Numbered from the stretch's first letter, positions 24,201 to 39,200 are shown. The stretch: 64,000 nt of DNA from Tubiluchus corallicola (GCA_030141605.1 JAQGDQ010000013.1:758447-822446), one strand, 5' to 3'. Notes: generated by a model not told the origin, from the sequence alone. Made by a program: numbers and translations.

Positions 24201-27200
24201 ACTGTTTTGCCTAATTTGAACTGACACAGCTTACCTGTTGTAGCATAGATGACCAGTAACAGCCATTTGCACCTCCTTCTCCTCCACTGGACCTCAAACA
24301 ATCCTCACAATGATTAGAAACATGGCAGCCGTAAGGACATTGAAGTGGCTGCGTTACAATTTCAATCTAAAAGTAAAAGCAAACATTTTGCTAAAAGCAA
24401 AACACAAGAGCAAACAATTACCTATTTATCAATACAACATATCCTTCATTCGGAATGTCAAAAGGCACTCCTACCCACTCGGTTCGGTGCAACTTGGAAT
24501 TTTATTAAACTCTAAAATATGTTGAACTAATTATAACTCACATTTCCCTCTATGTTTTAAGAAAATTAAAAGTAAATTGCTATTCATTTCGATAAATTCA
24601 TTCATAGGCGGCGCCATACTTAGTGCGTGTACACCCACTAGACTTTACTTGTAGGGATGCACCGCTTGAAAATATGGGTTCGACTTACATAAAAAATCAT
24701 CTTATAGCCAATCGACCAGAACCAGTTCTGGTCATAAGTCAACGACTACTTGTATACAGAAGAATGCTGACTACTTGTATACAGAAGAATGCTTTATCTG
24801 TAAACCTATTGATGCCAAGAACACAGTGAAAATAAGCAGCTCTTTTAAACAAACTTAGCGACATTATAAGGTACCTAATAATAGTTATACAAGATACTTA
24901 CTGAAAGCCTTGGATCAAGAATCGAATGCATTTTCTTATTTAGGCAGTTCCAAGGGAAAATTGGTTTCTCTCGCACAGATATAGAATGATCACCTAAACA
25001 CACAAATATTAACAACAGTTAGGCTAGCATTCCTCCATGTGGTCAAGCTGGATATAGCTACCTTCCCCAGTGTGACTCAGCTGGACATAGCTAGAATTCC
25101 CCAGTGTGGTCAAGCTAGACATGGCTAGCATTCACCAGGGTGATCAAGTTGGACATTGTGAACTTTAGCATGCAGGAAGTAAGCATTTAGTTGCTGCAAA
25201 TAAATGTTTTCATACTGACAATGTCCTGCTTAGCTCAATTAAAAGATTAAAGGTTAGTTGGTACTAATATTATATACAGTGAACATAGCACAACAAGATG
25301 ATACTAAGTGGTGAGATGTATTGTACCTTGTCGCTTAAAGAAACGAGTCCACATACAGTTCCTTGAAAATGGAGAGATACAGTTTTCGCAGCTGCTGTAA
25401 TGACACATTTGAGTGAAACATTTCTCGGGAATGTCTACGGCTTGTTCCGCTCTGGTTCCACTGACACAAAGTGGCTTCTGGCACGGATGCGTCGTCGGCA
25501 GACACTGGTCACACGCGTGACACCAGTGACAAGGCTTAAGAAAAAAATTAAGCAATAGTTAAAAATTACCTGACAAACTGTTTAATTTATGTGCAAATTG
25601 AAAGATGCGGCAAGCAGGACGTAACAGAAAAAAAAAAGATATCACAAATATCGCGAGCATTTGATTTAAAGTTAGAATTATCTAACAGAGAAAGGAAGTG
25701 TTTATTATCTGGTGGTGCAAAAAATTTACCAAAGTTTCGATAGCTGCATTTTAAGAAGAAACAATGGATTCACTTGAAAATTACTACACTGATATTACAA
25801 ACACTTATGTATATACATTAAAGAATAAAGTACCATTTTTCTTGGCAACAAAAGCTGTAAACTTGTAATCATGGGGGGGGGGCGACCCCAATTTCGGGCA
25901 AACACGTTTTTTTTGGGCAATCACCAAATTTTTCGGGCACCGGCCAAATGATGATAAAAATAAAATAAATAAAAGGAAATCTTGAAATTTCTCTATGGCG
26001 CCAAATGAAGTGTCAGAAATTCGGGCATTTTTTTGATCATGGGGTGGGGTGAAGAAATGCTGACCTGCGTTTCTTTCGAGTTGACGCTCTATTTTTCGGG
26101 TAAAAGTGGCTCAGCCCCCCCCCTGAAGAAATCTGCCCGTATACCTATGCTTCTAACCCTCGCAGACAAAAGCTAATAAATTGTAACACTGCACTGTTAA
26201 ATTTCAACTTTGCAGGGCACTTCATTCTAATATTATTGTACTTTAAACTTCGGTGCATTTTTCTGTACCACCCGATATAAATACCAAAGGAAGAGAAGTA
26301 AATTAATAAACTACTTAATAAATGAATTAACAAAAGTGACTTGGATGCTTCAAACATGAGTAAGTTATTTGAAGTTTTCCTGAAAGATTGTAAGAAACTG
26401 TTTAAAAGTAAAACCGGATCCAATCTTAAACTGTAGGTCAAAATAATCGACTTTAAAATATCGAAAGGAAACTATTTTTTCAAAAAAACTAGTTTTCCGC
26501 TACTACATGCATTTCGCCATTTGCCAGTTAGACGAGCACTAGCACCCGCATTTCGGAAACGCATTGCATAAAAACAGGTGCTGTACCTCTCAGTTCAAAT
26601 GTGTTAGTTTGTGACGAACTACACACATTCAACAGCTCATGTGTGAGAACAGCGGTAAATTTGAAATTTTAATTTTAATCTTAAAACTTGCCAAGTTTTA
26701 GTGCAACGCACTGAATATCTTACAGTAGCACTGTACTTTAATTTTCGCTAAACACGTGCAATACACTTGTGGAATAGTTTTGCTGTTGAAAATTATGTTT
26801 GTTTGTGATGTCATCAATAGTTGAGCTCGCCTGTTGTTAATTAAGATTTTAATCTATTTAATCATCAGAAATGCTTTTGCAGTATTAACTGCATTCAAAT
26901 GTATACTTTTTATCAGACTTGAAAATGGGGTAGCATATGAAAAATCATCCTGTCTTCCTTTAACGCTTACCGGTTCGCTTGCAGTGTTGTAAATAGGAAG
27001 GTTTGAAACACATTCGACACACGTCCGGTGGAGAGCACAGTCACGTTGTCCCACAACCGTGATGTAGTTACATCTGGTGCCCTCATGTAAAGTGTGTGTT
27101 TGACTACACCTGCAAATGTAGTTTAAAATGTACATGCAAAATACACATAAAATATTCTCAACATAATCTCAGTGCGCATGTATCTGAGTTTATAAGTGCT

Positions 27201-30200
27201 TGTAAAATCAAGAAAATAAACAACGGCAGCAACAACACCGTCCAATCAATCAATCATCATCTACAACAACGATGACTACAGCGATGACTCCAACAAAACA
27301 GCCGGAAATTTTGAGTAAAGACACTGCAGTTTAGTTTGTGTGACTGTGCAATATAAACTGATGGGTACTAGTAACACAAACATTTGAGTACAGTAAGTCC
27401 TCGCTTAACAGCGCTAATGCTTCCAGCAAGATGTGACGTTAAGCGAAACATCATTAAACGAAACCAAAACTTAAATAGGAAACAATGCAAACGAATTGAG
27501 ACACATTCCAGAACCAAAAATCAATGCATCAATGCTGCGTAAATCATATAAATTAAACCTTTTCAGTTCTATTCATATTTCTACTGATTAATTTGCTTGA
27601 AACTGCCTGTCTTTCTTACCAGCATCTAGCTAGACTTACTAGCGATTTCTCCTTAAACACTCTGTGTTAAACAATACGTAGTAAAAGCCAAGCTCTGAAT
27701 GGAGCGACCTTAAAACAGTTTCATGTAGTACTAATCTGGTTGTTATAGCAACAGGTTGCAGACAGAATTCCTTGGCATGAAGTTTAAATTCGGGTGTCAC
27801 TTGATACAAACAGCTAGAATTTAGTTCATAGTCAGTCGGGAAGCAGAAACATTATAATAATTGCACTATTTAGGTTATTAATGCATTTTTAGAACAGAAT
27901 AACACAATATATACAGTGGTAATGTCTCAAATTTAGGAAAAAAGTTGTTGATAAAATAAAAAACGGCTGTGAGCAAAGTAAAAAAATTATCGTTAAAATG
28001 AAATGGTGGGTGGTTAAGTGAGGAAAAGGTGATAAATGTTTAGCGTCGTTAAAACGAAACGTCGCTAAACAGGGAGCCGTTAAGTGAGGAAAAGGTGACA
28101 AATGTTTAGCGTCGTTAAAATGAAACATCGCTAAACAGGGAGTCGTTAAGTGAGGTAACGGTGTCAAATGTTGATCGTCGTTAAAACGAAATGTCGCTAA
28201 ACAGGGAGTTGTTAAGCAAGGACTTTACTGTGCAGTAATAATTTACACGAATATTCTAATATTATTGCTGCCCGATAATAATCTTATTTGAAAGCTTTCG
28301 CAACAAACTTCGCATAAGTTTGTTTATAGCCTTGTTCACAAGTATAAATTCATGCAGAACCCTTATAGTCTTACAAGACAAATTTTCACTCATAGGCTAA
28401 CAACTGATGTTTAATGTTACCTTTCTGGTTGAGGTTTCGAATTAGAAAAGCAAAGAGAAAAATTTCCTTGTGTCGACTGAACAATACACATTGAACAACC
28501 AGTCATTCGCAAGCATCTAAAAGTAAAAGATCAGAATAGTTAAGCTATAGTATTCTTGTACTGTTTACTTTTTACAAATGTGTGCTTGCAAACCAAAACC
28601 ATCCAAAAGTTTGCATAGTTAAAGGTACTTTATGACGCTTCAAAGTCAAACGCACCAAAAACTTGGTCAAATGTCAATTTTTTGTTTTTCATAAAAACAA
28701 ACGCTAAATATATAGGTATATTTACTAGATTTAAACATAACTCAACGTGTTCTTGCATAGTCCGTAGCAACCAATATTTGTGCGGTTGCTAAGTGTTTTG
28801 TAAAAACGTGATAAAAAAACAATGGCAGAAATTTTCCCAAGATTATGTTTTTCAGTGGATAGTCAACACCTTGACTTCAACCTGGATTATCTCAGCTTAA
28901 ATTTAACGTAAAGTGATGAGCTTGGTATCAAAATGATCCTCACGAAATGGAGATTCAGAATGTAGGTGAATAACTAGAAAAGCTTAATTGCCGACTTGTG
29001 AATGATTTTGCGATGCAAGCACACAAATATAAAACAACATTATTTTGATATTATTTCAAATTTTACAAATGGAAACTATGGATTTACTTCATAGTTCTCT
29101 TTCTCACGTGCATAAACCTCTAAAAAATGTTTTACAAAAACTCATGGTATGTGAGAAAAAATGTTCATTTAACTTTGTCAATATCTTTGGGATTTTGGTG
29201 ATGCTCTCTTTCTTAGGAATACATTCAGAAAACAAACAAGGTAGTTAGTTAAATTTATGCAATTACTGTACAATTTATTCAAATTTAAAAACTGTCATTA
29301 ATCATGTACAGTAGTGTTTCCACCGATTACTAATCATTAGAGCCCAGAGCCGCGCCATTTCAGCTGAGCTCCAGCCAGTTTATTTCCACAGTCAACCTAG
29401 CCGATAAGAAACCCAGCTTTAATCGCGCCAGTCACTCAGTGGCGAAGATTTTTATTCTTGCGATAATCACTTGACACTGTAAATCACTGGCTGAGATATG
29501 GTAAATGTATTGCGGATTCGCGGTCAGATGGTGGCAGAGATACTAAACTATTTTTGAACAAGAAAGCTGGTTAATTCAAAATTAAATCCATAAACAGGTA
29601 ACGTTAGTTCCCCGTATAGAATCATTCTGGCGTTTTGTTTTAATTTGTCGGTAATAGAGATAAGCCTCGCCAACAGTTGGAATTAAATTATATTTACAAT
29701 AAATCCATTGCTTTTTCAAAATAATAAAAATTGATCTCTAATGCATTATTTCAATTTGTACATCCGTTTTTCCCTGTGTATAAGCAACAGAAAATATTTA
29801 CAAAATTTTTCTCCTAAATTAACAGTTAACTAACAATTTATCATTTATTTATTTTTTTCTTTAAACTAACTCAGCTGAAAAGTCAGCCAAGCCGTGTGAG
29901 TCAGCTGATATAGTAGCAACTGACTCTGCTTCAGCCTCTACTAATCATGAATGAAAGAAAATGGTGAAAAATTTACATAGTACATGAAGTGAAAAATACG
30001 CGAACTTGACCTCAAGGGTCAAGATGGTGCTACTTTATATTTCAGTGATTGTAATTTTGAGGGAGAGCACATCTGATACAGAGCATTAATATATCAATTC
30101 AACAATTATTAGCCATATTTCTAGCTGTATACATAATAAGGTGTAGCTTTTGACGATTGCAAAAAAGGCAGCATTTTACAAAACACACGATGCTAGTCAA

Positions 30201-33200
30201 ATATAAGCCATTTTGCACAGCATTTAAATATCAACTTTACTGAGCAGATATGCACAGTGAATTTATTGTAATTTTACAGTAATTTTGACCACAAACTGGA
30301 GTCTTCTTCACAGACACAGATAATTTAAAGCAAATGTAACATGGGAAACCTTTTTTCACAAAGTGACAAACAAAAACCCAGAATGACGTCCAAAGTCGCT
30401 GTGCTAGTCTTTGAAAGTTTCATAAATCACTTCCGAAAAAGGTTTCCCATGTTGCATTTGTTTTAAACTTTCTATACATATTAGTAACAGCGGTGAGCAT
30501 TTAAGACAAAATACTTTAATTTAAAAAAATTAAAGTCAGTGGCTTGTCAGCACCACTTCCGTATGATTTTGTACAGAAAGATTTAAACACTTCAGCATTG
30601 ATCCTTAGATATAAATCCACTTGGGGCATTGCAGCGTGTAGGGAGTAGTGGCATAAAGAGGTGAGCAGAATCTTGTCCCTGCACGTGTGATTCATTGAAG
30701 GAAGAAAGAAACATATTAGTAGTGCGGCATTGTAGTGTCTAGTTTTTTGCTGGATTGTTGTTGTGTTTACTTGACTAGAGAGCAGTTTTCTGTTATACTG
30801 GAATGTCTACAGCAGAAGTAATGGACATCATGATGACATATTAAAAGTGACCATAGCTCGTGGTTGAAACACTGCAAAATTACAACAAATTTACCATATA
30901 TATCTCACCTTTTATTCAGCCAAATATTATCATAACATACATACTCTCGTGTGTTAGTGTGAAGTGAGCAGAGATCCTCAGGCAACCTAAGTCTAACCAA
31001 ATCACCGTATATTGCACCGTCGTAGCCGCCCATAAGATACAATTCTAGGTCATTGTTTCCAGGAATGACAGTGCTGCCTTGGGCAAGACGAGAGCTGATT
31101 TCACCAGCCGTGGTCTTCAAGACTTCGAGAGGAGTCCAAGAGTTGCACAAATACCTTGAAAAAAGACATTAATTATGCATAGACATAACACATTATCATT
31201 AAGAAACAAATTTCTGATCTATAAACTTTGTGAGTTTCTCTGACATCAAATACCAAACTTCACGAAGCGAGTAACGAAATGATGTGATAAAAAGAACATA
31301 CAGTAAGTCCTTGCTTAACGATGTTAATGTGTTTCAGCAAAATGCGATGTTAAGCAAAACATTGTTAAACGAAGCCAAGGCTTCCATAGAAAGTAATGTA
31401 AAAGCTGAGATTCATTAAAGAGGCAAAAATCAATGCTGATTAAATCATATAAATTAAAGGTTTTATGAGTTTTATTCACGTTTCTACAAATTAATTCCTT
31501 TCTGCTTGCTTGGAATCACCTACATGTCTTACTTACCTAGCTAGCAGTTTCTCTTTAGTTGTCTTTAAGGCTAGGCAACAGTTAAACAATAAACACTGCA
31601 GCAGAGTCAAAGCCAAGCCCTGGGCCTCTTTGAGAATTTTATCTAGTCTGGTTACTATAGCAACATGTTGCAGGCAGAATTTCTTACTCCCATGTCTTGC
31701 TGGATACAACCGCCAAGCAGTTAGCATTTTATTGGTCAGGTGGGAAGCAAAAATGTATACTTGTACAATAACTGCAATGTTTACATTACTGGTGCATTTT
31801 TAGAACAAAATAACGCAATACTTGCTGCTTGAATGCATGAAATTAGGTAAAAAAAAATTGTTGATAAAATAAAAATTAGCTTAAAGCAAAGTAGAAAAAT
31901 CTTCGTTAAAACAAAACAGTGAGAAAAGGTGTCAAATGTTCAGTATTGTTATAACGAAATGTCATTATGCAAGGACTTACTGTACTTTACAGAATCGTAA
32001 AATTGAGTTTCTGTCTGAAGGTGAAGAAGTTCTGTTTAATGCATGAAATTTCACCTAGTGCAAGCTAACTTGCAGCGGCTGCACCAGCAAAATGAAAATG
32101 CTCACATTGTTGTACATAAAGCTCCTGTGATATCACACTCACCTGTACGCCATGATTTTTCTATCATACGTGTCCTTGTCGGTCCGCCCCGACATCACAA
32201 GCATGTAATTGTCAGTAGTCATGGCAACGTGGAAGAACCGAGGTCTTGCTTTCTCGCCAACTGGGGAAATGATGCTCCAGTTCAGAGAATTAAGATCCAG
32301 CACGTACAGCCGAGACGTGATATCAATCTGATCGTGAAAGAATTCGTAACCGCCAAATACGTACAGCGAGTTAGACGAACTATGATATACGGTAGTGTGA
32401 CCAAACAAACCTGAGTGAACACAAAAGCAAGGTTAAAATTCGATCATGACTAATTAATTCAAAGATGAAACAAGATAGAAAAAGTACAAATCGTGTAAAG
32501 ATTTTTGAAAACCAACACCTCAAATGTAAACAATAAATAAAAATTAATGTTCAATACTGTAATGGCATGCAGCCTGACTGGCGTAATCACCACGTTACCA
32601 TAAAAACCGAGTAAAGCGCACATCATTCGCATTTTGTAAATTCTACAAATGTCGCTAAAAGTATCTCTATGCACAAGCTGAAGCTGAAAATTAAAACAGT
32701 GGCAAATAAGATATCCGCTATTGCCGATATTAGGTCTATGCACCCACGGGCTCACTGCTGTTAGTCTTGAAATAAGTCTAATGTTGTTAAAATAGTAGCA
32801 AATAATATTTCTGCTATTGCCAATGTTAGTTCTACGTACCCGCAGGCTTATTGCCGTTAGTCTTGGAATAAGTATAATGTTGTTAAAATAGTAGCAAATA
32901 AGATTTCCGCTATTGCCGATATTAGGTCTACGTACCCGCAGGCTTACTGCCGTTAGTCTTGGAATAAGTATAATGTTGTTAAAATAGTAGCAAATAAGAT
33001 TTCCGCTATTGCTAATATTAGTTCTACGTACCCACAGGCTTACTGCCGTTAGTCTTGAAATAAGTCCAACATTATTTAAATAGTAGGAAATAAGATTTCT
33101 GCTATTGCCGATATTAGGTCTACGTACCAGCAGGTCTACTGCCATTAGTCTTGAAATAAGTCCAACGTTTGCCCGCTTCCATTGTTAGGTCGCATTTGTA

Positions 33201-36200
33201 AACTTTGCTGGAAAAAGCACTAAATGGACGAGAGTTGTTCAAAACTTCACCCCACGTAACTCCACCGATCAACACAAAAGTGGAATGTCCTATAATTGTC
33301 ATTGTGTGGCCAGCCAATGGCGGAACAGAAGTAACAATTTCCAGCGCGTCTACGGAGCGGTTTGGTTTCCCATTAGACTGGGACTCTGAAGCATTGAGGG
33401 TTGTCTAGAAAATAAGAATAGAAACATTAAAACATACAATATTCATTTAAAGGAAAAGACATGTCATCAAGCATGTTGGATATATTTTACTGTTATCATT
33501 TAAATTTAGAAAAATGTAGAAAAACTCAGAAGAAATTTGCAAAAAAATCTGTCTATAAAGAATGTAGTTGATTTGTACAACTGCTGCTAAGAAATTTTCA
33601 GGTGTGGTGGTAGCCACCATTTGCTTGAAAAGCATGGTGTAACTGGTGGATTTTGTGACGTTTCGTAAGTGCTCGCTGCCCAAACTAATTCAAACTTCTG
33701 CTGCTTACGTAATGTTCATGCAAAAATGTAAATTAATTGTCTAATTTTTTGTAAAAACTTATAATACTTTTGACAGTAATTGACAGTGTGCTGCTTTTTT
33801 TCAGTCAATGAAAGACGTCAAAGATGGAAAAATCGGCGTTCAAAATGAGACACACATGTGTGGAATGATCGCGACTTTAAAGTGAAAAGACTAATTACGC
33901 GAGTTGCTTATCGCACTTATTCACAAACATTGTAATAAGTTTAACTTCTTAGAAGGGTTGACTTCTCCTTTAATAAGAACAACTCTTAACCGCTTATGAC
34001 AGATACATTTTAAACACCTCTGCAAATTGTAAATTATTAATCCTAAGGCAATAAGAAACATTTTTTACGATGCAAACCCACATTTAAAACTACTAGGCAG
34101 TGCTTCACGTCTTAGTAACACTGTTACAAAGATTTAGTAATTTGCAGAAACATACACATATGCACATGCACACATACACACACACACACGCGCACACATA
34201 TACATATATACAAAAAGTGAATAAACATGTTAACACTCTGTGTACCTCCAATTCTTTCCATGTCCCAGAGGAGAAATTAAGCAGACTGAATCCTTGTATG
34301 ATTTGATTACTGCTAAAACCTCCATATACATACATTGCGTCAATATCTTCTAGCACAATAGCAGTATGTTGGTATCTCTTCCTACCCTCAGAACCAAATG
34401 GCTGAAAAAAGAGATCCTTTCAGAACAAAATTTAAAGTAAATTCAATGCAGAGAGTCTAGCACTCATATTAGTGAAGATATTTTAGTGTGTAACACAAAA
34501 TACAATGTATACGCGTTGTTTAATTCTATGTTAAAGGAAAACCAGGAGAATTGTACACACAATTATGTTAAAATAAAGTATGTTCTAAAATAATGAAAAC
34601 CTCATATAGTTAAATTTTCAAAGTTATGCGTGGCTCAACAAATCCACTAGGACTGGCAATGATGCCTTTTTTCACATTCGCTTGGCCGACAAATAGGCGT
34701 GGTACCACGATAAGCATGATCATGAACTGCAATGTTTGTCTGTGACATCAGTGTGATGAAGAGTTCATTTTTGTAAACGTTTTCACTTAGGTAAACGTGC
34801 TTGACGTGCAGGAAAGATGCACACCATTGCACACGTAGGCGATAGCTGTATTCAGTCACTGATACCTAACTTTCCAGGGTAATTATTCAAATATCAGGAA
34901 CAATTGCTAAGTTTTATAGGCAAATAAACATAACTTTAGATATTAAATGAAAATGAGATTGAGTCTAATCAATCGTCCGCTTTTCCTTTAAGCTGAATTT
35001 CTGTTACACTGACGGCAAGTTTGTCTGTTTTAATACAATTCATCTAAATAAGAGGCCAGTGTCACTTAAGTAGCAACTTAGAGTGGAAACGCCAAAAACA
35101 ACAACAGTTACAAAAATAGAAATTCCCTAATGATAGAAAGTGACTGTTAACATTCTTCCTGAAATTAGTGAAGTTGTAATCAACAGGGAAACAGTTTTCA
35201 GGTAAGGAGTACCACAGATAAGAGGCCAAAGGGAAAAACTGGTTTTCTAAGCAATCGTTCTGCATCTAGGAGCATTCAGAGCAAAAATATGAAAAGCAAT
35301 AGCAAACTGGGTACTATGACTAAACTATTAGAAATTGAGAATTTACTTAAATGGCAAGAAAACACTACTCTTACATAAAGCTAAAAAATTCTTCTTGAAG
35401 TTCTATATTATATGCATGCAGTTTTATTGTAAAGAGAGCTTGCGTTGGCAGTAACACTGTAAAAACTTGAATTGAAAATTTATACTCCTGTGATGACCAT
35501 TAGGCGCAGGCGTTTTAACAGTAAGTCACTTGAAACAAATTTAAATAACAATGTGTAAAGTTTAAAAAAAATAATCAGAGCATTCGTAGCGTACACTTCC
35601 ATTGCTAATTGCACACTGGAACAGTCAAATAGTGACATTCTACCACATGGTGCAAACATTATAAATTTTTAAAAATTTAGTTTTTCAGTTAAACACATAT
35701 TTCAGACAGGTAAGTGTAATAACCTATCTTAGGTATGGAAAGTTTTTCGAGACTTTAAATAAAATTCGATTTCTCCTCTTCATAGCTGTTTAAAGGATTA
35801 GAAAGGATTAGCTGAAGTAGGTTTCAGAAAAATCACCTTAAAAATTATATTTACATTATTTTTATCCATATATTATAGTCGCGTTAAAAGGAATTTTTGT
35901 TTGTTTTCATTTTAAATCTCCCGCAATCCTGTTCCAAAGTCGCCATTACATGACATCACTTACATAAACGTAAATCAGGGGAAGGAATGGCAATGCTAAC
36001 ATGGTTCACACCCTGTCTTTTCCATGACTTTTCCCAGACCAAATATTGATTTTTGATGATCAAGATAAGCAGAAATTGCACTATTAGTATACATATTCTA
36101 GTGTGCATGGACATTCATGTATATACTGATATATAATGTGTCGGCCAATCATTAGTTTTGGAACAGAAATCGGACCTGGAAGCCTGTCAATTTCGTGTGA

Positions 36201-39200
36201 ACACGGATCACTGAAAAATATGTTTGGAAAAATATCAGTTCATTCTGATTATTTTTACGACCCTTTCCAATTTCCCTGACTTTTCACCAAATCATCTTTT
36301 TCCGACTTTCCAGGATAGCCTGTATTTTCAATGATTTTCACTGACCGTGGGAACCCGGACATTAAATTATGTCCCAAAAAACTTTCAGTGCAAATCTGTA
36401 TTACTTAGCATTTTGCTTACCTGCTAGAAAGACTTATGTAACTAGAAATAATAATTTAAAATGTTCGTACCAAGTGGTAAAATGTCGCTGACTCACCCTC
36501 CAGGGTGCGCCACTCACTAACCGAAAACGTATTTTTTATCTTATTGACGAGATGCAGTAATTTAAAATTTTATTTAGTTAGTAACATGTGTACTACAAAT
36601 GCTCTGACTATTTTTTCAATCTTTAACGCAATGCTATCTTACCAATAAAATGGCGGCATCTAGCGGGAGTTTAAATTTACAAGTTTTATACAATGTTACT
36701 GCCGACGCAATCTCCGTTTGCAAAAGGCAGTATGTAAGTTGTATAAAATTTCAAGACAAACTTGTAACGCTTTATGTAAGTGGAGGATTTTCCTTTGCTT
36801 TAACGTAAAACTTAAAAACGATTAGTCTGAACATCGAACACCAGAGTGCTCTTACCGTCCAATGATAATTGCTCTTCAGGTCGTACTTGAATATGCTTCC
36901 AAGTTCACCGTGAACGTAGGAATAGCCTCCGTAAATGTACAGAGATTCATTATGGGCAACCAAAGAATGACCGGTTCGGAAGAGTAGACTCGTGTTGAAC
37001 ATGTCTTCCCGTAACGGATCATGAAGCCAATTAAACACGCCCATGTCATCTACAACTGACCTACTGCAGTCGAAGCCAGTGAAACCTTCATTACACTGAC
37101 ATCTATTGACCATCTATAAAAATAAAAAAATGCATTTATTGCTAAAAATGTAAACAAGACAGTATTAAACTGGAATTAAAGTTTAGAAAAAATACTTTTG
37201 CAAAATTTTAAATGGTAACTTTCTGAAAGTGACTGAAGGAGTTTTTAACATTAAAAGGTATCAGATGGCACACGATTGGCAGAGCTTGTCCAATCACTGA
37301 GTAAACAAGTAAGGCAAAAAGATTTCCCATGTTGCAAGAATGCTGTAGAGTATAGCGATGAGTAAAAAGTGTAGTGTACTTTTTTTGTAACACTGGAAAA
37401 CTATAACTGGTAGCTAAATTCTACATAGTACATACTGTTTTTTCACTTTTTGTAAACGGATACTATTTTAGTTTTGCCAACACAGCAGAGAACTAACCTG
37501 AAACTTCAAAGCTGGTTGTTGTATGTCTTGTTTAAGCATGAATCAAGTTTAGCAAATTTAAATTTCCTTTGTGTAATTAACACTACCTTACACAGCTAGT
37601 AATTATCGTTTACAAGCAAAGCTAAAGTAGGATTTGTAGGACTTGAAAAGAGCTATAAAATGGCATAAGGTTAGTATGTTTAGCAGTTTAGTAACTTTCC
37701 AAAAAAATATACATTTCAAACATTTATTAAACACTAAAATGTAGGCAACATTTGAGTAGTCTTAGAGAAATCCCTATTTTTAATGCAGAGCTTCTAAGTA
37801 TTAAAAAGTACAAGTGAACATATTCCAATAACAGTTTTTTTTTTCAATTTTGTGCATTTTGTTTTTTCAATGTGTAATTACTTTAGTTTCATTACTATTA
37901 GAATCAATTACTTTATTTTTCGAAAACACACACAGGGCTGACGCTAGAAAATGCGGGACTCACTTCGAAAACCGTTTGTGGGGCCGTTTGCCCTACAAAA
38001 ACTGTAAATTGATGTTTTATGCATCTCAGCCAAAAAGCATTGAAGACTTAAGGCTCCACCATTAGCCTCAATAAATTGATGTTTTATGTGTCTCAGCCAA
38101 AAAGCATTGAAGACTTAAGGCTCCACCATTAGCCTCAATTATCTACTAAGAAGCTCAAGCCCATATGAAAATTTTAATGTTTAATTACAAGTAAAGCTAA
38201 TTACTGACCTACTGTTTGTGGATAGGCTTTCTAATAACAGAGATTTTTGACTTTTTTATACGAGAAATATTTAAAGAAAGTCAAATTTCGAAGTCAATGG
38301 TTGTCTTAATGTCATTTTCTACAAACAGCATCGCCAGGTTATTTAGTCTCTCTTGTTGACCATGGGTATTTTTTAATCTAGGTTGAGGGTTTGAATATCA
38401 TCCACAAATTAAAATCCAGTGATGATCTAACTAATAATATGGTTCGTCAATTAACTTTTTTAAAGGTAACTGTTGACGATAAGCTGAAATTGCAAACAAA
38501 TAAACGATCAGCAAAAACATATTGAAACATGGATAGGAGGACAGACTGACTGGTTTCACTTTTTCACAATATCAAGAAACTTCGTGCACACTGGAGACAC
38601 TCATTAATTCATCATACAGCGTCCTCCACTCCAGTGTGTACGTGGGGACCTTGCTGGCATGCAGCCCAATTTGAATGAATCTGTTTAATTGTCTTAAAAC
38701 CTGCCCTGCACACACATGTACACGGTAAAGTGTGTAGCAGTGAAACAAATGAAATGTTTAGTACACAAAAAACACAAATAAGAATGAAAAACATGGATAC
38801 GTCTATTAGTATGTATAAAATGAAGATAATAAATTGATTGATACACTGTTCTAACAATAAGTATCTCATACAACTCCAAATTTACAGATAATTACAGATA
38901 AGTCCATTACCTGTCGTTTCTGTGTAGTTCCATAATGCCAAATGCATTAATACTAAATACTTACCAAGTCACAAAATCCGTGGAAGGAACAATTTCTTGG
39001 ACAGTTTTCTATAGAACAGCCAGGTCCACTGAAACCTTCTTTGCACACGCACGATCCGTCATGACATACGTGATTACCAGTACAGTTTGATGGACAAGTG
39101 TTCACCTAAGAAGAGAGAGACGGATTATTTTGAGTTTTCATAGATGCATCGTACACCAATTAAATGGCTACGTCTAAAGGTCATCGCAGGAGTTTAAATT

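Noticed and set aside
27889-28167. 92-aa repeat ORF and other short ORFs in repeats or antisense to exons (e.g. 4918-5259, 13809-14266, 32043-32414, 40421-40786)
   Set aside because: Explained by tandem repeats, microsatellites, the SINE body or shadow frames of real exons.
32459-33145. 228-aa repetitive ORF
   Set aside because: By-product of the 96-nt array read in a non-MEGF8 frame; no recognisable domain; lies across an intron.
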